In this document: positions 59,089 to 64,000 of the stretch, in pieces | Numbering within the stretch: position 1 is the first letter of the stretch | How the letters are laid out: each line of letters starts with the position of its first letter | From: an uncultured Gemmatimonadales bacterium | GTDB lineage: Bacteria; Gemmatimonadota; Gemmatimonadetes; Longimicrobiales; RSA9 | Length of the DNA stretch: 64,000 nt | Assembly (NCBI GenBank): GCA_963816355.1 | Contig: CAWFKH010000003.1 | Coordinates: 576,001 to 640,000, forward strand | Direction: 5' to 3' | Notes under the pieces: generated by a model | Seen by the model: the letters and a program-made list of their open reading frames with translations, nothing else | The model's database searches: none | What the model was told of the DNA's origin: nothing | Translations under genes and position numbers: made by a program

Positions 59089-59335
59089 TGCGCCCTCCTT
59101 TGATGGACGGCGGTCGCGTGGGAAGACGCTCGCGCGTCCGGGGCCGCGACCTCCAACCCACGCTTCAAGTTGTCTTCCAGGCGCTCCGCAGGCTGTAGGG
59201 CGGCGTACCCACTCGCTGTGAGCACTCGCCGCCGGGACGGTGGGCGGTTCGCCGTCGGGGTCCTCCCCACCGCCGGGCCGTGGGTGGGGCGGGGAGGCGG
59301 GGTCACGGCCGTCCCCGCCTTTTCCTGACAGAGGA

Positions 59336-59352
59336 TGTGGACTTTCCCCACA
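59336..59352. promoter_or_regulatory. Palindromic candidate operator in the hsp20/USP divergent region
   Basis: TGTGG-ACTTTCC-CCACA. Confidence 0.35.
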
Positions 59353-59422
59353 GACTTCGCCCCGCCGCCGCGCCAAGTTCCACGCGATGCGCCGCAACGA
59401 CATCCCGCACGCTTCGAGGGCG

Positions 59423-60403
59423 ATGTACGCCAGGATCCTGGTGCCGCTCGACGGCTCCGCGTTCGGCGAAGGCGCGCTCGGCGCGGCGCGGGCGCTCGCC
59501 CGCCGCTCCGGCGCCGTGCTCCACCTCCTCCACGTCCGGGACGATCTGCTCCCGCTCGCGATCGATCCGGAGCGCATTCAGGACGACGCGATCCACCACG
59601 ACCTGCTCGGCCATCCGGACCGGCTCGCCGCCGCTTACCTCGATGCGCTCGCCGCCGCCACCCGCGTCGAGGAGCGCGTCGAAGTCGTCACGGCCGTGCT
59701 GGAGCCGCCCGTCGCGGACGCCATCGCCGCCTACGCCCGCGCCAACGACATCGACCTCGTCGTGCTGAGCACGCACGGCCGCGGCGGCTTCCAGCGCGCG
59801 TGGCTCGGCAGCGTCGCCGACGCGACGATCCGCCGCGTCGAGCAGCCGGTCCTCCTCGTGCTGCCCGGTCGCCGCGGCGTGCGGCCGGGGCCGCGCCTCC
59901 ACATCCGGCGGATCCTCGTTCCGCTCGATACGACGCCGCACTCCGCCGCCATCGTCGACGACGCCGCCGAGCTCGCCGCCGTGGTGGGCGCCGGCCTCGT
60001 CCTGCTGCACGTGATCCGCCCGCGCTCCGCGCTCCACGCACCGATGGCGATCGGCCGGCTGCACGTCGATCCGGCCGACCTCGCGCACCGCCGTCTCCTC
60101 GCCGAGCGCTTCCTCGACGCCGTCGCTGAATCGATCCGCCACCCGCCTGCGGATCTCGACCTCGCCATCGTCGTCGCCGAAGACACGGTGGATACGATCC
60201 TGAAGAAGGCCGTCGAGCTCGACGCCTCACTCATCGCCATGACCACGCGTGGCCGCGCTGGTCTCGACCGTCTCCTGCTCGGCAGCGTGGCGGACAAGAT
60301 CGTCCGCTCCGGCGCCTATCCGCTGCTCCTCGTCCGCCCGGGCTCCGCGCGCCGCCGGCCGCGGCCCTGCGAGCAGACCCAGCCTCAGCCCGGGACGCCC
60401 TGA
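59423..60403 (+). CDS. Tandem-domain universal stress protein
   Basis: Two (R)ILVPLD starts and two T.GR.G..R..LGSVAD motifs. Confidence 0.93.
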   Translation: MYARILVPLDGSAFGEGALGAARALARRSGAVLHLLHVRDDLLPLAIDPERIQDDAIHHDLLGHPDRLAAAYLDALAAATRVEERVEVVTAVLEPPVADAIAAYARANDIDLVVLSTHGRGGFQRAWLGSVADATIRRVEQPVLLVLPGRRGVRPGPRLHIRRILVPLDTTPHSAAIVDDAAELAAVVGAGLVLLHVIRPRSALHAPMAIGRLHVDPADLAHRRLLAERFLDAVAESIRHPPADLDLAIVVAEDTVDTILKKAVELDASLIAMTTRGRAGLDRLLLGSVADKIVRSGAYPLLLVRPGSARRRPRPCEQTQPQPGTP

Positions 60404-61485
60404 GCGTCGTCGTGCGCGCCGTCGACCATCTCTCGTTCCGCGGGCGCCGCGACCCGCAGGACGAAGATCCGCAGCGCCGCCGCGAGTGGGATCGCGACCA
60501 GGATCCCCAGGATCCCGCCGAGGCCGGCCCCGACCACGATCGCGAACAGCACCAGCGTCTGCGGCACGTGCGTCTGGCTGCGCATGATGTTCGGCGTGAG
60601 GATGTGGCCCTCGAGCTGCTCGAGCCCCACGAACAGCGCCAGCGCGACGAGCGCCAGCGTGAGCGAGTGCACCAGCGCCAGCAGCGTCACGATCGAGCCG
60701 ACCACGACCGGCCCGATGATCGGCACGATCTCGCCGAGCATCGTCAGCACGCCCAGCGCCAGCGCGTACGGCATGCCGATGATCATCAGCCCCAGCCACG
60801 CCAGCACGCCCATGATCACCGCGTTGATCACCGTGCCGCGCACGTAGCCGCCCATCGACCGCGCCATCTCGTGCAGCACCCCCGTGGCGCGCTCCCGCTC
60901 CGAGGCGGGGAAGAGCGACAGCGTGAAGCGCCGGATCGCCGACCGGCCGTACAGCCAGTACACGGACAGGAAGATCACCACGAACGTGTCCAGCAAGACC
61001 CCGAACAACCGCACCGGAAGCGACACCGCCAGGCCGCCCACCTGCGACGGCAGGCCGCCCGACAGGTCCGTCAGATCGACCCCCACCGGCATGCGCCGCC
61101 GCAGCCATTCCTGCGCCTCCGAGAGCAGCGTCGGCAGCCGGTCGATCAGCTCTCGCGCCTGCGTCACCACCGTCGGCAGCACCAGGTAGCCCAGTCCCAC
61201 CGCGATCGCCGCCAGCGCCACGTACACCAGCGCGATCGACAGGCCCCGCCGGTGCAGGCGCTCCGACAACCTTCGCACGATCGGCTCCAGCGCTTCCGCC
61301 AGCGTCACGCCGACCACCAGCAACGCCAGCGGCCGCGCGATCAGCTTCACCAGCGTCAGAGAGCCGAACCCCAGAAAGAGCGCCGCCGCCAGCGGCAGCA
61401 CCACACCCCACGAGACCGAGCGCAGCTTCGCCCCCAACGGCTCCCGCTCCCGATCGTCTCGCGCTTCCCGGCGCTCCCGCTCCAT
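60385..61485 (-). CDS. AI-2E family transporter
   Basis: Polytopic; L.P.V..L, GY.RG, ..P.IGP, QLEG..L.P.IM, GG.LG...AIP..A. Confidence 0.9.
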   Translation of the reverse strand: MERERREARDDREREPLGAKLRSVSWGVVLPLAAALFLGFGSLTLVKLIARPLALLVVGVTLAEALEPIVRRLSERLHRRGLSIALVYVALAAIAVGLGYLVLPTVVTQARELIDRLPTLLSEAQEWLRRRMPVGVDLTDLSGGLPSQVGGLAVSLPVRLFGVLLDTFVVIFLSVYWLYGRSAIRRFTLSLFPASERERATGVLHEMARSMGGYVRGTVINAVIMGVLAWLGLMIIGMPYALALGVLTMLGEIVPIIGPVVVGSIVTLLALVHSLTLALVALALFVGLEQLEGHILTPNIMRSQTHVPQTLVLFAIVVGAGLGGILGILVAIPLAAALRIFVLRVAAPAEREMVDGAHDDAQGVPG

Positions 61486-61635
61486 TCCGCTCCTCTCGTG
61501 CGTGCATCGAGACCGATGCCGACTTCCGCGCTTCGCTCCTTCGCACGCATCGTTCCCGCCGCCGCCCTGGCCCGCTTCCCGCATCCCGCCTCGTACGGCG
61601 GCTTCCTCACGATCACCACTGACAGCGGAGATCCC

Positions 61636-62049
61636 ATGTCCACCCCGACCTACGCCATGATCCGCACCGTCGACCTCTCCTACGAGGAGGCCGATCGGCG
61701 CATCCGTGCCGCACTCGAGGCCCAGGGCTTCGGCATTCTCACCGAGATCGACGTCCGCGCCACGCTCAAGAAGCGCCTCGATGCCGACGTCCCCGCCTAC
61801 GAGATTCTCGGCGCCTGCATGGCGCCCCTCGCCCACCAAGCGATCCTCGCCGAACCCGACATCGGGCTCCTCCTCCCCTGCAACCTCGTCGTGCGCGCCA
61901 CCGATGACCCGCGACGAACCATCGTCGAAGCCCTCGATCCCGCCATCCAGCTCGGCATCGCCGCCGCACCCGCCCTCGCCCCCCTCGCCGACCAGGTCCG
62001 CGACCGCATCGTCCGCGCCCTCGACGAGGTCGCCGCCGCCGCGCCCTGA
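61636..62049 (+). CDS. DUF302 family protein
   Basis: GFGILTEIDV..TLKK.L, Y.ILGAC.., A..A...EP.IGLLLPCN.VV; GGAG SD. Confidence 0.92.
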   Translation: MSTPTYAMIRTVDLSYEEADRRIRAALEAQGFGILTEIDVRATLKKRLDADVPAYEILGACMAPLAHQAILAEPDIGLLLPCNLVVRATDDPRRTIVEALDPAIQLGIAAAPALAPLADQVRDRIVRALDEVAAAAP

Positions 62050-62104
62050 ACGCCGCCCCGGCGCCCCGAACGCCGCCGCCGCGCCCTGAACCCCGCCGCC
62101 GCGC
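62031..62104. repeat. 20-bp tandem repeat (CGCCGCCGCCGCGCCCTGAA x~3.7) spanning the DUF302 stop
   Basis: Units at 62031, 62051 (variant), 62071 (identical to the first) and 62091 (partial). Confidence 0.85.
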
Positions 62105-62318
62105 AAACATTTCGTGGCGCCCGGCAAATCTCTTCGCCCCGAACCCCGGAGAAGGGCGGCCGCAGATATCGTAAGTAGCTGCACCCAAACGAGATACGAT
62201 GACGAGCCCGCATCGGCCTCGTTCCTGCACAACTCCGCCTCCGATTCCGGCCGCGCGGGCCGCTGCGCCCGGGCCCTCCGATCCGCGAGCGCCGGCGTTC
62301 CTTTCGTCGCGGAGCCAT

Positions 62319-62468
62319 ATGATCGAATCCATGCTCATCCTCGTCGGCGTCGTCATCCTCGCCTTCCTCTCGCTGGTCGGCGTGGCGATCCTCGGCGTCC
62401 TCGGCTCGGCGCTCTCGACGCTGCTGCGTCACCGCCACGATCCGGTCGAAAACCCGCCGGTGGCCTGA
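62319..62468 (+). CDS. Small (49 aa) membrane protein
   Basis: GGAG SD at 62311-62314; ~30-residue hydrophobic stretch; GC-rich third positions. Confidence 0.55.
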   Translation: MIESMLILVGVVILAFLSLVGVAILGVLGSALSTLLRHRHDPVENPPVA

Positions 62469-62660
62469 CCCAACCGGGTAACGATACGTGACCATCGGGG
62501 GTCATGCTCCGTTGCATGGAGATTCGGGTCACGGCCATGGGCGGAGCCGCTTCTTGGCGTCCTTCCTGGACATCGGCGTGAGCGCGCCGCTGGCACGACT
62601 CGTGTCCAATTTCCCGCGGTCGCAGGGCCGTTCGCTCCCATACGCTCTGGACGAGCCGCG

Positions 62661-64000
62661 ATGACGCGTGAACACCTCTACGCGCGGGTGCCGCTGCGGG
62701 CGCTCGTGTTGTCGATGCTGAGTCTGGTGGTTCCGGCTGTGGCGCAGGTCGCCTTTCCGGAGGGTCTGGGCGAGAACGAGCTCCTGGTCTGGCTGCTCGC
62801 GCTCGTGCCGGCGTTTCTGTTCGCCTACTACCGAGGGTGGCGCGGGGCGGCGACGGCGCTGGCGGCGGGGATGGCCGCGCTGTCGCTGACGCAGGCCGTG
62901 CTGCGGGCGAGCGGTGGGGTGGCGCCGCCATGGCCGGTTTTGCTGACCGGGCTGGCGGCGTTCGCGACGGTTGCGCTGGGCGTGGGTTGGATCGCGGAGC
63001 GACTGCACCGGCAGCGGGCGCTGGCGCTGCGCAACGCGCTCGACACGAGCCTGATCGTGGACGAGAGCGGCGCGATCGTGTATGCGGGCCCTTCGGCGCC
63101 ACGCGTGCTCGGCCTGGCCTCGGGGGCGCTCGTGGGACGTCGCCTGCTAGAGCTGGTGGAGGACGAGGACGCGGAGAAGGTGGAACGCTTGCTGGCGAGG
63201 GACGGCACCGGGAGCCTGTTGCCGGCGGAGGTGCGGATTCGCCGCGCGGACGGTTCGCCTCGCGTGCTGGAGCTCCGTATCGCGGATCTGCGAGAGGATC
63301 CGAGCGTGCACGGCTTCGCGCTGGTCGCGCGGGACCTCACGGAGCGGAAGCGGCTGGAGGAGCGGCTGCGGCGGGCGGAACGAATGGAGGGGATCGGCCG
63401 GCTGGCGGCGGACGTGGCGCACGAATACAACAACCTGTTGACGGTGATGCAGGCACAGCTTCACGCGCTGGAGGAGGAAGTGCGCGTGCCCGATCGGGCG
63501 CGCGCGCCGCTTCAGCGCATCCGTGCCGCAGCCGACCAGGCGGCGGACCTGACGGCGAAGCTGTTCGCCTTCAGCCGCCAGCAGATGCTGCGGCCGGCGG
63601 AGGTGCGGCTCGGTGAGGTCGTCCGGCGCATCGAGCCTTCGTTGCGCGCGAAGCTGCCGCCCGCGGCGCGGCTCGAGCTGGATCTTGCCGCCGAGGGTGC
63701 GATCACGCTCGTCGACGCGCGCCTCTTCGGACGCATGCTCCTCACGCTCGTGGACCGCGCCGCTCCCGGCCTCGCCGAGGGCGGGTCGTTGCGCATCGAG
63801 GTGGCGGACGACGTGATCGACGCCGAGCTCGCCGGCCGCTACAGCTACGCCGTCCGCACCGGCCCCTACGTCCGCGTCTCGATCGAGGACTCGGGGCCGG
63901 CGATCGACGTGGAGGCCGCGCGCCTCGCCTTCGAGCCGTTCGCGACGGTGCCCGGCGGCGGGCGCTGGCTCGGCCTCAGCTCCGTCTACGGCTTCGTGAA
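62661..64000 (+). CDS. Membrane PAS-domain sensor histidine kinase, degenerate HATPase (3'-truncated; absent from the ORF track)
   Basis: Hand translation: TM region (WLLALVPAFLFAYYRGW), PAS (LIVDESG.I.Y..PS..RVLG...RDLTERK), H-box GRLAADVAHEYNNLLT, FEPF, LGLS.VYGFV. Confidence 0.88.
   Translation, partial: MTREHLYARVPLRALVLSMLSLVVPAVAQVAFPEGLGENELLVWLLALVPAFLFAYYRGWRGAATALAAGMAALSLTQAVLRASGGVAPPWPVLLTGLAAFATVALGVGWIAERLHRQRALALRNALDTSLIVDESGAIVYAGPSAPRVLGLASGALVGRRLLELVEDEDAEKVERLLARDGTGSLLPAEVRIRRADGSPRVLELRIADLREDPSVHGFALVARDLTERKRLEERLRRAERMEGIGRLAADVAHEYNNLLTVMQAQLHALEEEVRVPDRARAPLQRIRAAADQAADLTAKLFAFSRQQMLRPAEVRLGEVVRRIEPSLRAKLPPAARLELDLAAEGAITLVDARLFGRMLLTLVDRAAPGLAEGGSLRIEVADDVIDAELAGRYSYAVRTGPYVRVSIEDSGPAIDVEAARLAFEPFATVPGGGRWLGLSSVYGFV

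Noticed and set aside
62031..62104. CRISPR array
   Set aside because: Repeats are directly adjacent without unique spacers; no cas genes
62591..62606. Sigma54 promoter TGGCACG upstream of the kinase
   Set aside because: The -12 element reads GTGT instead of TTGC, so the invariant GC is missing

Overview
High-GC (roughly 70-75% by eye), gene-dense bacterial core-genome segment with about 55 CDS, nearly all on the + strand. The protein families and gene order suggest Gemmatimonadota, which is an inference and not proven. Gene order: infB(5'-truncated)-DUF503-rbfA-truB-ribF, rpsO-pnp-M16 peptidase-ald-dut, mreBCD-rodA (no PBP2/mrdA between them)-accD-folC-hisS-hyp-proS-lysA-guaA, lipoprotein, orphan MacB/FtsX-type permease, M14 peptidase, clpB, lipoprotein, mce, trxA. 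Next is a tightly coupled ~13 kb operon (rsmI-DUF4159-DUF4175-like-TPR-secreted GATase-like protein-JAB/DinG fusion-FAH-aminotransferase), then a TonB/TolA-like protein, BON protein, valS (three apparent +1 C errors), Ig-like lipoprotein, selA, gmhB, DMT, iscA/erpA, nadA, MBL hydrolase and purN-purH. The window ends with a stress cluster (hsp20, tandem USP, AI-2E, DUF302, small membrane protein) and a 3'-truncated PAS histidine kinase with a degenerate ATP-binding domain. I found no rRNA, tRNA, CRISPR array, integrase or transposase. The best novelty candidates are the uncharacterised envelope module co-transcribed with the JAMM-DinG fusion, the pseudo-kinase, a candidate sRNA, a pseudoknotted rpsO leader and a sigma54-type clpB promoter. 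Several indels point to long-read assembly errors, so single-base claims need read-level checking.
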